Assembly: GCA_050949175.1 (NCBI GenBank) | Contig: JBMNFG010000011.1 | Span: 329,549 to 393,548, forward strand | DNA: 64,000 nucleotides | DNA from: Bacillota bacterium | Lineage (GTDB): Bacteria; Bacillota; SHA-98; UBA4971 | Direction of reading: 5' to 3' | In this document: positions 21,130-34,896 of the stretch, piece after piece | How the letters are laid out: every line of letters starts with the position of its first letter | How positions within the stretch are numbered: position 1 is the stretch's first letter | Notes under the pieces: generated by a model | Told to the model about the DNA's origin: nothing | Database searches by the model: none | Seen by the model: the letters and a program-made list of their open reading frames with translations, nothing else | Position numbers and translations under genes: made by a program

Positions 21130-21180
21130 AACATCTTGACAGAATCTACCTTCGATTAAGTTACGAAATCTATGAAAAAC

Positions 21181-21540
21181 TGGTGGAGGCGGCGGGAATC
21201 GAACCCGCGTCCGAAAAGCCAACTCGAAGAGCTTCTACGAGCGTAGCGTAGGGTTTAAGTTTCGCCAAGGAAGCTCTCCTACGCGAGTTCCTCCAGGGCT
21301 ATCCCGTTAAAGTCTTAGCTCAAATCCTCCGAGAACAGAATTTGAACGCATCCTGGTTTATTTGACGCCCGCACCGGCCTCCCAGGAAAAGTCCGGATTG
21401 GACGGCTGCTTTATTTCTTAAGCAGCGTAAGCGTAATTGTTGTTGGCACTTATTGTGCGTTCCACCGTTTTACGAGGTTGGCGGAATCTCGGCTCGCTAC
21501 TCTTGTCGTTGCAACTCCCCGTCGAAACCATAACGCCCCC
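21181..21540 (-). ncRNA. ssrA: tmRNA; tag peptide ANNNYAYAA* at 21447-21418
   Basis: 5' GGGGGCG...TTCGACGGGG; 3' T-arm GGTTCGATTCCCG and CGCCTCCACCA; lies directly downstream of smpB. Confidence 0.97.
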
Positions 21541-21642
21541 ATAAACCTTATGATATCTTAAACCGCGAAGCTTAATGTTCCTTTCTTAAACCTCGAAGCT
21601 TATATTTCCTTGAAAACGTTGTCGAGCTTAGAACGGTCTCCC

Positions 21643-22101
21643 TCAGTATGATCCCCTGTCCTTAATAGCTCGATCTACTTGTCTCCTGATATCCCGCTTC
21701 TTAATGTCTTCTCTCTTATCGTAAAGCCGCTTGCCTCGTGCAAGAGCAAGCTCCACCTTAGCCCAACCATTCTTCAAGTAGACTTTCAGCGGAACTAGTG
21801 TAAACCCTTTCTCTTGCGTTTTTGTGGCAAGTTTTCGTATCTCAGACTTATTAAGAAGTAGCTTCCTTGTGCGCCTGGGTTCATGGTTGAACCTGTTGCC
21901 GGCATCATAAGGGCTTACATTCATATTATATAGGAAAACTTCGCCGTTCTCCACTCTGGCGAAACTGTCGCGAAGACTCACCATTCCTTGCCTGACAGAC
22001 TTAATCTCTGTACCGGTAAGGACGATTCCTGCTTCATATGTCTCGCCTATATGATAGTCGTGATAGGCTTTTCTATTTGTTGCAACAACTTTATTTGCCA
22101 A
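21643..22101 (-). CDS. smpB: SsrA-binding protein
   Basis: [35 protein letters not shown]. Confidence 0.98.
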   Translation of the reverse strand: MANKVVATNRKAYHDYHIGETYEAGIVLTGTEIKSVRQGMVSLRDSFARVENGEVFLYNMNVSPYDAGNRFNHEPRRTRKLLLNKSEIRKLATKTQEKGFTLVPLKVYLKNGWAKVELALARGKRLYDKREDIKKRDIRRQVDRAIKDRGSY

Positions 22102-22175
22102 CCTGTCTCACCTGCACGCCAATTATAGCACGGAGGATCAGGCGGTTCAAGCAACCCTGAACACGGGCTTTGGCC

Positions 22176-22733
22176 TCACAAACCCAGCTCAGAGGATATG
22201 GACTGCATTGCCTCAAGACCGATCTTTATGAATTCTTCGAGACTAAGTCCTAGTTCACAGCAAGACTTCATCTGTTCCCTGTTCGCCCCTCGGGCAAATG
22301 AAGGCTCCTTGAATCTGTTCAGCACAAAGCCTACATCTATAGCATTCAGCTTTTTCTCAGGGTGGATCAATGCAGCAGCCACCAAAAGCCCGGTTAAAGG
22401 ATCAACCGCCCACAGGGCTTTGTCCAGAAGCGACTCTCGCGGAAGCCCGTGGCATTCATTGTGAGCCTTAACTGCATAGACTATATCCTCATCGACCCCC
22501 AGCTCTTCGAGGAGTTTGCCTCCGACCAAGCTGTGGCGCTCAGGTTCATCTGAAGTCTCGTCATAGTCGACGTCATGCAGCAGTCCGGCAAGTGCCCATT
22601 TCTCTTCATTTTCACCAAGATGTCTTGCTAAAGCCGCCATAACAACTTCTGCCGCAAGCATGTGCTTTACCAAATTCCTCGTCTTCACGTGCTTCTTCAC
22701 AAGCCTCAACGCATCTTCTCTCTTCATCATCAC
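22176..22733 (-). CDS. HD/HDIG-domain metal-dependent phosphohydrolase
   Basis: KHMLA, GLLHDVDY, KAHN, VDPLTG. Confidence 0.88.
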   Translation of the reverse strand: MMMKREDALRLVKKHVKTRNLVKHMLAAEVVMAALARHLGENEEKWALAGLLHDVDYDETSDEPERHSLVGGKLLEELGVDEDIVYAVKAHNECHGLPRESLLDKALWAVDPLTGLLVAAALIHPEKKLNAIDVGFVLNRFKEPSFARGANREQMKSCCELGLSLEEFIKIGLEAMQSISSELGL

Positions 22734-22820
22734 TGCCTCCTCATTTGCTGCTCAATACTGCCCACCTAACACTAAGGCCAGTTTCATCACAGTGGATCTC
22801 ACTATAGGCGCTTCACGCGC

Positions 22821-23047
22821 AATTCCGTGGCCAGCTGATTATGACAGATTCATTATGCTCGATTTGGTGGCCGATCCACTACAGCCGTTTCTATTTCCGA
22901 TTCTATGACCGATCCACTACAGCCAATTCTGTGTCCTATTCATTACGGCGGGTTCATTATGCTCGATTCCGTGGCTGACCCGTTAGGACTGATTCTGTAA
23001 CAGATTCCTTAAAACGGGTTCATTATGGCCGACTTTATGACAGTTTC
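22821..23047. repeat. Degenerate minisatellite of interleaved 12- and 14-bp units (GATTCCGTGGCC / GATTCATTATGGCC)
   Basis: About 17 units read directly, e.g. gatccactacagcc twice and ttcattatgctcgatt twice. Confidence 0.7.
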
Positions 23048-23107
23048 AGCGCCTTCTCCCGCGACCGTTTCCATGGGCCGTCTCGCACTCTCACGATCTC
23101 CGAGTAC

Positions 23108-23687
23108 GTGGTTCGATTTCCGGCACCGCCCTAGGAAGCGATAGTCTGTATGGTCGAATTCCTACCACCGTAAGGCTTTTCTGTGGAAGGTTTTCTACCA
23201 CAGTTTTGGGCGTACGCTCTAAAATGGTAGATTCTCGCCCACAAGGAGGCCTAAAGGTGGAAGGTTTTCTACCACGATCAGGCGTCCAGGTGGTAGAATA
23301 TCGACCACCGCGCCTCCCACAAGGTGGAAAATCGCGGTTTGGTAGTCGAAACTCGCCCACATTTTCTGAAAAAGTGGGCGAAAAACTGCCACGTTTTTAA
23401 AAAAAGTGGTAGAGAATCTACCACCTGAGCCCCAAAAAGCTCCAAAAACCGGGTTGCAACCTGAAAATGTGGTCGATTCTCTACCACCTGAGGCGCTTTG
23501 GGTGGTTCAGAATCGCCCATTTATGAACATTTGCTCGGAAAAATCCGAAAGGGTGGTCGAGATTGAACCACTTCTCTAAGGAAAGGTGGTTGAAAACCGA
23601 CCACTTATGAGCGTTTGCTCAAAAAAACCATTAAGGGTGGCCTCGGTCAACCATCTAATTGGTAAAATGTGGCCGGAAACCGACCAC
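23108..23687. repeat. Phased palindrome array, copy 1: 15 units of about 19 bp GTGGTcGA-N3-TCgACCAC
   Basis: Units start at 23108, 23150, 23183, 23224, 23257, 23290, 23342, 23374, 23406, 23469, 23502, 23553, 23586, 23637 and 23669. Confidence 0.9.
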
Positions 23688-23693
23688 ACTGAT

Positions 23694-23880
23694 AATAGTC
23701 AGAACAACCCTATAATCGGATTCAATAGTTCGAACAACGTATGAGTTGATTTACCAGTTCGAACAACCTCACAAGTTCACTTAATAGCTATAACAACCCT
23801 ACGAGTTCATTCAACAGTCCCGACAGCCCTATAGGTTCATTTGACAGTTTGACAGTTAGAACAACCCTATAAGCTCATTC
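23694..23880. repeat. 30-bp tandem repeat (5 copies plus the gene copy) matching the 3' end of hppA
   Basis: Units such as aatagctataacaaccctacgagttcattc match the gene end gacagttagaacaaccctataagctcattc. Confidence 0.85.
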
Positions 23881-25893
23881 AAATGTACAATCAACGGAGC
23901 GAAAACAAGGGCTACAACAGTCATCAACTTAATCAGGATGTTCATAGCCGGTGCGGCAGCATCCTTAAAGGGGTCTCCTACCGTATCACCGATCACTGCA
24001 GCCGCGTGTACAGGAGTTCCCTTGCCTCCAAGGTTTCCGGCTTCCACGTGTTTCTTGGCATTATCCCAGGCGCCGCCTGCATTGGCAAGCTGGATAGCCA
24101 AGGGCACACCGCTTGTCAATGACCCTGCCAGGACACCTCCCAGAGTTTCAGGGCCCAGAAATACCCCTACAGCAAGCGGAAGGAACACTGCCACAAGTCC
24201 GGGGGCCACCATTTCTCGAAGAGCAGCAGCAGTAGTTATGTCTACACACTTGGCATAATCCGCTCTCCCGGTACCGTCCATAAGACCGGGAATCTCGGCA
24301 AACTGCCTTCTGACTTCTTCAACTACCTTAAACGCAGCACGCCCCACAGCGCTCATGACTTCGGAAGCGAATATGTAAGGTACCATTGCACCTATCAGAA
24401 CCCCTGCCACAACTTTAGCGCTTAGCAGGTTTATAGCTTGAAGCTGCACTGCATGCACATATGCAAAGAACAGAGCAAGTGCTGTCAGGGCAGCGGACCC
24501 GATTGCAAAACCCTTGGCAATAGCTGCAGTAGTATTTCCCGCAGCATCCAGAGAGTCAGTCACTTCCCGAACTTGCGACGGCATATGACCCATCTCAGCA
24601 ATTCCGCCTGCATTATCTGATATAGGTCCGTACGCATCCACAGCTACAGTCATGCCTGTGGTAGAAAGCATTCCCACAGCTGCAATGGCTATGCCGTAGA
24701 AACCTGCTGTGTAATAGGAGATCAATGTTGAAAGAGCGATAAAGATAAGAGGAACTACCGTGCTCCGCATACTCAAAGCAAACCCGCTGATAATATTCGT
24801 AGCAGGCCCGGTAAGGCAAGTCTCAGCTAAATCCTCCACTGCCTTTCCGGATGTATACTTTTCAGCAATCCCTCCGATAACCATCCCTGCCAGGAGGCCG
24901 AAGAAGGCTGCCCAAAATACGCTGAGTTCACCGTAGTAATACTTGCTCAGGAAGAAAGCGCCGACAACAACTAATCCTGCGCTGACAAGCGTGCCATTGC
25001 GCAAAGCGCCTCCCGGATCTCCTTCGGTTTTTCCGGTTCTTACAAAGAATGTTCCGATGATCGATGAGATAATGCCGATCCCTGCCAAACAGAGGGCAAA
25101 TATGATCTTCTTGAAGCCGTCAGGAGCGTTGAGGCTGGTTGCCGTAGCAATAACAAGCGCAGATACAATCGCCCCAATATAAGACTCGTAAAGGTCGGCT
25201 CCCATTCCTGCTACGTCCCCTACATTATCACCTACAAGGTCAGCGATGACCGCAGGGTTTCTAGGGTCATCTTCAGGAATGCCTTTCTCTACTTTACCGA
25301 CGAGGTCTGCACCGACATCTGCCGCTTTTGTGTATATGCCCCCTGCAACCCTTGCGAACAACGCCACAAGGCTCGCGCCCATACTGAACCCTGATATCAA
25401 ATCTGTCGCAGAGAACACATCTCCGCCAGGCAAGACCGACAATATGTAGTACACAATAGACAAAGAAAACAGCCCTATGCTGGCTACATACATTCCCATA
25501 ACCGCGCCGCCGGGAAAGGCCACTCTAAGGGCTTCATTGAAACCGTCTGCTGCAGCGTGGGCAGTCCTGCTGTTAGCAGCTGTAGCTATCTTCATCCCCA
25601 CATATCCTGCAGAAACAGACGTTAATCCTCCTATTAAGAAAGCAATCGCGGTATGTACATTAATCGCAAACACTATAAGCAAGAAGATAACACCGATGAA
25701 AACCAGAACGACTCTGTACTCCCGCCTCAAGAAGGCCATTGCACCTTCATGTATGGCTCCTGATAATTCTTGTATTCTTGCACTGCCAGGATCTTTCTTT
25801 AGACACATACTGCACAAGATAGGCGACAAAAAGGAGCCCTAAACCGCCTGCTAAGGCCGCGTACAAAATAGAAGACGCACCGATGGATGTCAT
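23856..25893 (-). CDS. hppA: Membrane-bound K+-dependent (probably Na+-pumping) pyrophosphatase, with one extra base near codon 31
   Basis: [42 protein letters not shown]; an upstream ATG at 25893 with RBS encodes TM1 in a different frame. Confidence 0.88.
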
Positions 25894-26039
25894 ACACTAC
25901 TCACCTCTAAAATTATTAGACCGTAACGGAAGATATGGCGAACTATATTACAAAGATTGCATCGTACCCGTCCTTAAGAGACAACATCTGCTGCATCTAT
26001 TTTTTTCTTTTCCTTGCACGTCAAATAGGCGAGCAATAT

Positions 26040-26261
26040 TTATCTTATGATACTCAGCAACACTGAGGACATCAAGAAAAGTACGGCTACGACAGAAGTC
26101 ATCTTGCTCAAAAACTCTTCCATTTTTTTGTTCTTGGAGAAAAATAACCGTCCCCCACCGCCGATGGACCCTAGTCCTTCGCCTTTACTTGGTTGAAGGA
26201 GCACTACAGCGATAAGAGCTATGGATATGACGAATTGAAATACTATAAGACCTGTGCGCAA
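26040..26261 (-). CDS. secG: Preprotein translocase subunit SecG
   Basis: VLLQPSKGEGLGSIGGG flanked by two TM helices; lies downstream of eno. Confidence 0.93.
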   Translation of the reverse strand: MRTGLIVFQFVISIALIAVVLLQPSKGEGLGSIGGGGRLFFSKNKKMEEFLSKMTSVVAVLFLMSSVLLSIIR

Positions 26262-26593
26262 TGAAGCTTCACCCCCAATACTTTCAACTCAGCAAGAAAA
26301 CCCTTCAGCAAACTATCATAGATTCTAGCACACGCCGCCAAACTCAGCAAGGCACTGTCGGGACTACCATGTAGTACACTTCAAAATATTAGGAGGTTGC
26401 CCTTATGGAGATTATATCACAAAAGCAGGGGAAAAAGCAGTCATTTAAGTGGAACGAAGCTAAAGAATTAGACGATTTTGACATATGTAACCATACTACA
26501 AAACCACGGAGTGTAGAGGAAAAACAGCAAGGCGCTGCCTACTTTAGCTAGCTTAAAGAGACAGCGCCGGAGTCGGTGCCGTGATTTGTTTGT

Positions 26594-26637
26594 AACCTAC
26601 AAAAGAGATCTTCGCAACCTACAAAAGAGATCTTCGC
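26594..26637. repeat. Perfect 22-bp tandem duplication
   Basis: aacctacaaaagagatcttcgc twice. Confidence 0.85.
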
Positions 26638-26723
26638 CCGATCTATAACCAATCTTCTTTTAGAATTCGCCTAAGAAAAAGACAGCAAATCCACGTACAA
26701 CTTATTGGAAACACAGCCTAAAT

Positions 26724-28022
<1,299 letters not shown>

Positions 28023-28772
28023 CTAAGCTTTGACTATAGCCGCAAAATCAGATGCACTTAGACTGGCGCCTCCTACAAGGGCCCCATCTATGTCTGACTG
28101 ACTGAACAGTTCTCCTGCGTTATTAGGCTTCACACTTCCGCCGTACTGAATCCTCATCTCATGGGCAATCTTGGGGTCAAATATTTCAGCTACAACACTT
28201 CGGATAATCCGGATCACCCTGTTTGCCTCTTCAGCCGACGCAGTGCGCCCTGTCCCTATTGCCCAGACAGGCTCATAAGCTATGACAATACCTTCTGCCT
28301 GAGCAGCATCTATGCCGTCCAGCGCTCCTTTTGTCTGTCTTGTCACAACTTCCTCGGTCTTGCCTTCCTCCCGCACTTCCAAAGTCTCTCCGACGCAGAT
28401 AATGGGCAGAAGGCCACCGGCTAGAGCTGCTTTCACCTTTTTGTTTACAATCTCATCAGTTTCGCCGAAGTAAGCTCTTCTTTCAGAGTGTCCCAGGATC
28501 ACGTACGTGCATCCCAGATCCTTCAGCATGACAGGAGATACTTCCCCTGTATACGCCCCTTCATTCTCCCAATGCATATTCTGGGCTGCAAGCCTGATGT
28601 TACTACCTTGAATCGCATCGGCAACTGCACTAAGAGCGGTAAACGCAGGGCATACCACTATCTCTACATGGCTCACATCCTTTACCCGGCTCTTCAAGTC
28701 ATTAACCAGAGCAGTGGCTTCATCGACAGTCTTGTGCATTTTCCAGTTTCCTGCAACTATACGCTTGCGCAA
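28023..28772 (-). CDS. tpiA: Triosephosphate isomerase
   Basis: AGNWKM, GHSERR, AYEPVWAIGTG, YGGSVK. Confidence 0.99.
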   Translation of the reverse strand: MRKRIVAGNWKMHKTVDEATALVNDLKSRVKDVSHVEIVVCPAFTALSAVADAIQGSNIRLAAQNMHWENEGAYTGEVSPVMLKDLGCTYVILGHSERRAYFGETDEIVNKKVKAALAGGLLPIICVGETLEVREEGKTEEVVTRQTKGALDGIDAAQAEGIVIAYEPVWAIGTGRTASAEEANRVIRIIRSVVAEIFDPKIAHEMRIQYGGSVKPNNAGELFSQSDIDGALVGGASLSASDFAAIVKA

Positions 28773-28789
28773 ATGTCTCTCACCTCTAC

Positions 28790-29974
28790 CTATTTATCTT
28801 TCAGCGCAGCAACACCGGGAAGGACTTTGCCCTCAAGGAATTCCAAAGATGCGCCTCCTCCTGTGGAAACATGGGTCATTTTGTCTCCAAATCCCATTTC
28901 GGAGACAGCAGCAACTGAATCTCCACCGCCGACTATCGTCACTGCCTCCGATTCTGCGAGTGCCCTGGCAATCCGCCTGGTTCCTTCTGCGAACGGCTTC
29001 ATCTCGAAGACGCCCATTGGACCGTTCCATACCACTGTCTTGGCATCCGCGATCTCCCGGGCAAACAGGTCTCGCGTCTTCGGGCCGATATCCAGAGCTT
29101 GCCAGGAGGGAGGAATCTCGTCTATATCAACGACCTTAGTGTTTGCATCTTCTGCAAACTTGTCTGCTATCACTACGTCAACAGGCAGGAGGAATCTTAT
29201 CCCTTTAGTCTTTGCCTTCTCCATAAGCTCCCCGGCCAAACCTAAGCTGGCATCATCAACAATAGAATCGCCGATCTCAAGGCCTTTTGCCTTCAAGAAG
29301 GTATAAGCCATACCTCCGCCGATTATCAGCGAATCCACTTTTTCCATGAGATTTGAGATAACGCCTACCTTATCTTTGACCTTGGCACCACCTAGGATCG
29401 CAACGAAAGGCCTCTCAGGTTGAGACAGCGCCTTCCCCATGACTTCAATCTCTTTCTCCATAAGAAACCCGGCGACTCCGTCAACAAACTCTGCGACTCC
29501 GGCGGTGGATGCATGGGCACGGTGAGCAGTCCCGAATGCGTCATTTACATATATATCAGCCAAAGAGGCCAAAGCCCTGGCAAATGCCTCGTCATTGGCT
29601 TCTTCTTCCTTGTAGAACCTGAGATTCTCAAGGAGGATTACATCTCCGTCTTTCATAGCCAGGACCTCTGCTTCGACCTCCGCGCCAATGCAATCATCGA
29701 GCTTCTTGACTGGTTTCCCAAGCAGTTCTTCAAGCCTTTTTGCAACAGGAGCAAGGCTGAACTCTTCCTTCCGCTGTCCCTTCGGACGTCCAAGGTGGGA
29801 TGCAAGGATCACCCTTGCACCGCGCTCCAAAAGGTATTCAATGGTTGGAAGAGCAGATCTGATGCGCGTATCATCTGTAATGTTCCTTTCAGCATCTAAA
29901 GGGACATTAAAGTCTACTCTTACAAGTACACGCTTTCCCTTTACATCGATATCCCTTACCGTGGCCTTTGCCAT
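28790..29974 (-). CDS. pgk: Phosphoglycerate kinase
   Basis: [27 protein letters not shown]; start set at the ATG behind AGGAG. Confidence 0.98.
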   Translation of the reverse strand: MAKATVRDIDVKGKRVLVRVDFNVPLDAERNITDDTRIRSALPTIEYLLERGARVILASHLGRPKGQRKEEFSLAPVAKRLEELLGKPVKKLDDCIGAEVEAEVLAMKDGDVILLENLRFYKEEEANDEAFARALASLADIYVNDAFGTAHRAHASTAGVAEFVDGVAGFLMEKEIEVMGKALSQPERPFVAILGGAKVKDKVGVISNLMEKVDSLIIGGGMAYTFLKAKGLEIGDSIVDDASLGLAGELMEKAKTKGIRFLLPVDVVIADKFAEDANTKVVDIDEIPPSWQALDIGPKTRDLFAREIADAKTVVWNGPMGVFEMKPFAEGTRRIARALAESEAVTIVGGGDSVAAVSEMGFGDKMTHVSTGGGASLEFLEGKVLPGVAALKDK

Positions 29975-30035
29975 AAACGCATCACACTCCTCGAGCACAT
30001 ATGGCTTAGACGACTGACATTATCAACAGCCCAGC

Positions 30036-32077
<2,042 letters not shown>

Positions 32078-32173
32078 TCATACAAACCTCTTTCGCACGA
32101 GCTAAAATGACATCCATCGAACCATTTAAACTGACACCCATCGAAAAATAGACAAAAACTGGGTTATTAGTGG

Positions 32174-32209
32174 GTCGCGATACGTCCCGCCATAGCTTAT
32201 ATTGTCCCG
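32174..32209 (-). promoter_or_regulatory. CggR operator
   Basis: Two direct CGGGAC repeats 20 bp apart upstream of cggR, matching the B. subtilis CGGGAC-N6-TGTC-N4-CGGGAC layout; the TGTC halves are divergent. Confidence 0.7.
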
Positions 32210-32281
32210 CTTCAGTCAAAATAAAAAGTGCCATATCTTCCTATAGTGTATTCGTTCCGGCACCTAAAATTCCTTCTGTTG

Positions 32282-33727
32282 CTAAGAAAATCTTTTTCTA
32301 AGTGTAGACGGAGCTATCCGCTCCTCTTCGCGATATTTCGCCACTGTCCTGCGGGAAATCATAATCCCTTTCTCCCGCAACATTTCGCTGATAGCCCTAT
32401 CGCTAAGGGGCTTATTTGGATCCTCGCCTTCAATTATCTCGCGGATCATCTTTTTCACGCTCTCGCTGGATGCCCCTTTACCGTATACTGTCGGGATCCC
32501 GCTTGTGAAGAAGAACTTCAACTCAAACATGCCCCTTGGAGTTGCAACATACTTTCCTTGAGTAGCCCTGCTTACCGTAGATTCATGGACTCCAATCTCG
32601 CGGGCCACGTCCTCCAATGTCAGAGGCTTAAGATGCTTGACTCCTTTGTCAAAGAAGTCCCGCTGGAACTTGACAATGGATTCTATGACTTTTTGCAGGG
32701 TCTGCCTGCGCTGTTCTATGCTTCGTATAAGCCACAGAGCCGAATTAAGCTTGGATTTCAGGTAATCTACAGCACCGTCCTGTTGTGGATCCACTTGCCC
32801 CAGAATTTTGCGGTAGACCGGGTTTATGCTAAGGCGCGGAGCGGACACATCGTGAACAGTGACAACATATTCATCTCCGACTCTCTCAATACTTGCATCA
32901 GGTTCAATATATGCAGGCCCACGTCCGCCTGAATACTGCCGTCCCGGCTTCGGGTCGAGAGTCTTTATTAAATCGCACGCCTCCTGAACTTCAACAACAT
33001 CGACTCCCAAAGCCTCGGCAATCTTAACAAAACCGCCCTGCGCTATATCGTCCAGGTGTTCCTTAATCAATCTCTCTGCCAGTTCCAACTTATCACAGGA
33101 AATGCCGGTGCTCCTTAAAGACTCCAACTGGATTAGGAGACACTCCTCAAGGGTCCTGGCACCGACACCGGTGGGGTCAAACTGCTGGATTATGCTGAGG
33201 ACCTTTGCTGCTTCTTCAGGAGAAACGCCTGCCATATCTGCAATTTCAGAAATGTCCATCCGCAGGTAACCGTCGTCATCGATCCCGCCGATGATCAGAG
33301 CGCCTATTCTCATCCGGTCCTCGTCAAGGGGTGAAATACGCAGCTGAAACGTGAGATAATCATGGAATGTCGACTCGGAGCCTATGAAAGATTCATATGA
33401 TGGCTCAGGCTGATTCCGGTTTACCCGTGAACCTATGTACCCGATATCACTGGCATCTTCAAAATAGAGTTGCCAGTCTATATCATGACGCGCTTCTTCT
33501 GCTTCATTGGCAGACAACCCGGCCTCTTCACGGACGTCAGATAAATCCTGGCCTGCCGGCTCGACTTTGTCTCCGAGCTCCAGAAACGGGTTTTCCATTA
33601 CCTCTTCAGATATGTACTGTTCCAGCTCGATCCAGGGCAACTGAAGAATGGTTATGGCCTGACGAAGCTCAGGAGTAATAACAAGCTTCTGAACTTGCTT
33701 AAGGCTCATCTCATAACCAAGCTTCAC
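32282..33727 (-). CDS. rpoN: RNA polymerase sigma-54 factor
   Basis: ITPELRQAITILQL, HESTVSRA, RpoN box SRRTVAKYRE. Confidence 0.98.
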   Translation of the reverse strand: MKLGYEMSLKQVQKLVITPELRQAITILQLPWIELEQYISEEVMENPFLELGDKVEPAGQDLSDVREEAGLSANEAEEARHDIDWQLYFEDASDIGYIGSRVNRNQPEPSYESFIGSESTFHDYLTFQLRISPLDEDRMRIGALIIGGIDDDGYLRMDISEIADMAGVSPEEAAKVLSIIQQFDPTGVGARTLEECLLIQLESLRSTGISCDKLELAERLIKEHLDDIAQGGFVKIAEALGVDVVEVQEACDLIKTLDPKPGRQYSGGRGPAYIEPDASIERVGDEYVVTVHDVSAPRLSINPVYRKILGQVDPQQDGAVDYLKSKLNSALWLIRSIEQRRQTLQKVIESIVKFQRDFFDKGVKHLKPLTLEDVAREIGVHESTVSRATQGKYVATPRGMFELKFFFTSGIPTVYGKGASSESVKKMIREIIEGEDPNKPLSDRAISEMLREKGIMISRRTVAKYREEERIAPSTLRKRFS

Positions 33728-33800
33728 TGAATGTCACCCCTTTACGTTACAATATTCGAGAAGACCGAAGGATTTCCTTTGTAGAATCCTCCTAGGAAAT

Positions 33801-34748
33801 CTATCCCATTTTACCGTTTAAGCTGTTTGCTATATGGATAAGCCTCCTCATCCTGTGATTTACAGCAGATTTACTGATCGGGGGAGATAACAACTGACCC
33901 AGTTCCCTGAGGGTCATCTCAGGATTGGCTAACCTGAGTTCCGCTATCTCCTGAAGTCCCGGAGCAAGGGACTTTAGCCCAATGATCCGCTCAATTCTCT
34001 GTATGGCATCTATCTGGGAAAGACCTGCATTCACTGCCTTTGTGACATTTGCGGTCTCGCAGTTTACAACTCGGTTCACATCGCCGCGCACACCCCTCAG
34101 CACCCTCACACTTTCCAGCGTAAGCACTGCGGAGTGGGCTCCCATAACACGAAGCAGCTGAGCTACATCGTCCCCTCCCTTGACATAGACCATGTACCCC
34201 TTCTTGCGTGGCGCGACCTTAGGCGTTACGTTAAAGGATTCTGCTAGCTGCACTATTCCTTTTGCATGCTCTGAGCTATCTGTCATAAACTCCATATGGT
34301 ACTCTTTTTCAGGGTTTTGCACATATCCCCTTCCGAGAAAAACCCCTCGAAGGTAGGCTCTCCGGCAACACTGCCTGGATAGAAGGTGCCACGGGATACC
34401 GTTTTCCATAGAAATGCCGGAACCGCTCTCAGACATCACGCCAAGCCCTTTCAGTGTCTCCAGGGTCTTCTTACCAAGCAGCAGTTGGATGATATACTGG
34501 TTCCTTGAGCGTCCACCTTTTCCATGGATAAGTCTCATTCTTGGTTTGAAACCGAAGATAACGTTGACAAAAGACATTATCTTCCGGGCAGATGCAGCGT
34601 TTTCAGTTCGGATTTCAAAAACCGGCATCTCCAACCTGCCCAGACTCCTGGCAATTGCCGAAAACTCTGAGAGCTTACAACATTTGCTTTCAGGCATCGT
34701 GCGTGCAAGCTCGCCTTTTGTCTCTGTATAGAACATTCCTGGCACCAC
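33801..34748 (-). CDS. whiA: DNA-binding protein WhiA
   Basis: RAYLRGVF, NRVVNCETAN, ISKSAVNHRMRRL. Confidence 0.95.
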   Translation of the reverse strand: MVPGMFYTETKGELARTMPESKCCKLSEFSAIARSLGRLEMPVFEIRTENAASARKIMSFVNVIFGFKPRMRLIHGKGGRSRNQYIIQLLLGKKTLETLKGLGVMSESGSGISMENGIPWHLLSRQCCRRAYLRGVFLGRGYVQNPEKEYHMEFMTDSSEHAKGIVQLAESFNVTPKVAPRKKGYMVYVKGGDDVAQLLRVMGAHSAVLTLESVRVLRGVRGDVNRVVNCETANVTKAVNAGLSQIDAIQRIERIIGLKSLAPGLQEIAELRLANPEMTLRELGQLLSPPISKSAVNHRMRRLIHIANSLNGKMG

Positions 34749-34896
34749 CTAAGCTAATTCTATCACACGGCAACGGATCTCTTATATAGTCATAATCTGC
34801 CTCGCCTTCGGAATATAGGTATGTACGATGCAGCCTGTACAAGGCTTTGCTGGTTGGATACCTACGAATCAGCTAGGCTATCTCGCTTAATGGAGG

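Noticed and set aside
20623-21180. Genomic island integrated at the ssrA 3' end
   Set aside because: No integrase and no convincing duplicate of the ssrA 3' end in the window; cannot be excluded beyond the left edge
23091-23520. Short ORFs over the arrays (also 51608-52072) with VVxxxP repeats
   Set aside because: These are by-products of the palindromes; unit spacings of 32, 41 and 52 bp break the frame, and ORF limits differ between the copies
23108-23687. Palindrome arrays as CRISPR arrays
   Set aside because: Repeats are only 19 bp and degenerate, spacers vary from 13 to 44 bp and are shared between the two copies, and there are no cas genes or leader
28488-29306. Long antisense ORFs (also 32228-32932, 38519-39244, 62050-62682 and many shorter ones)
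   Set aside because: They lie opposite well-conserved genes, have no recognisable motifs and are typical shadow frames
32215-32240. Sigma-54 promoter upstream of cggR (TGGCAC on the minus strand)
   Set aside because: The -12 TTGC element is missing at the required spacing
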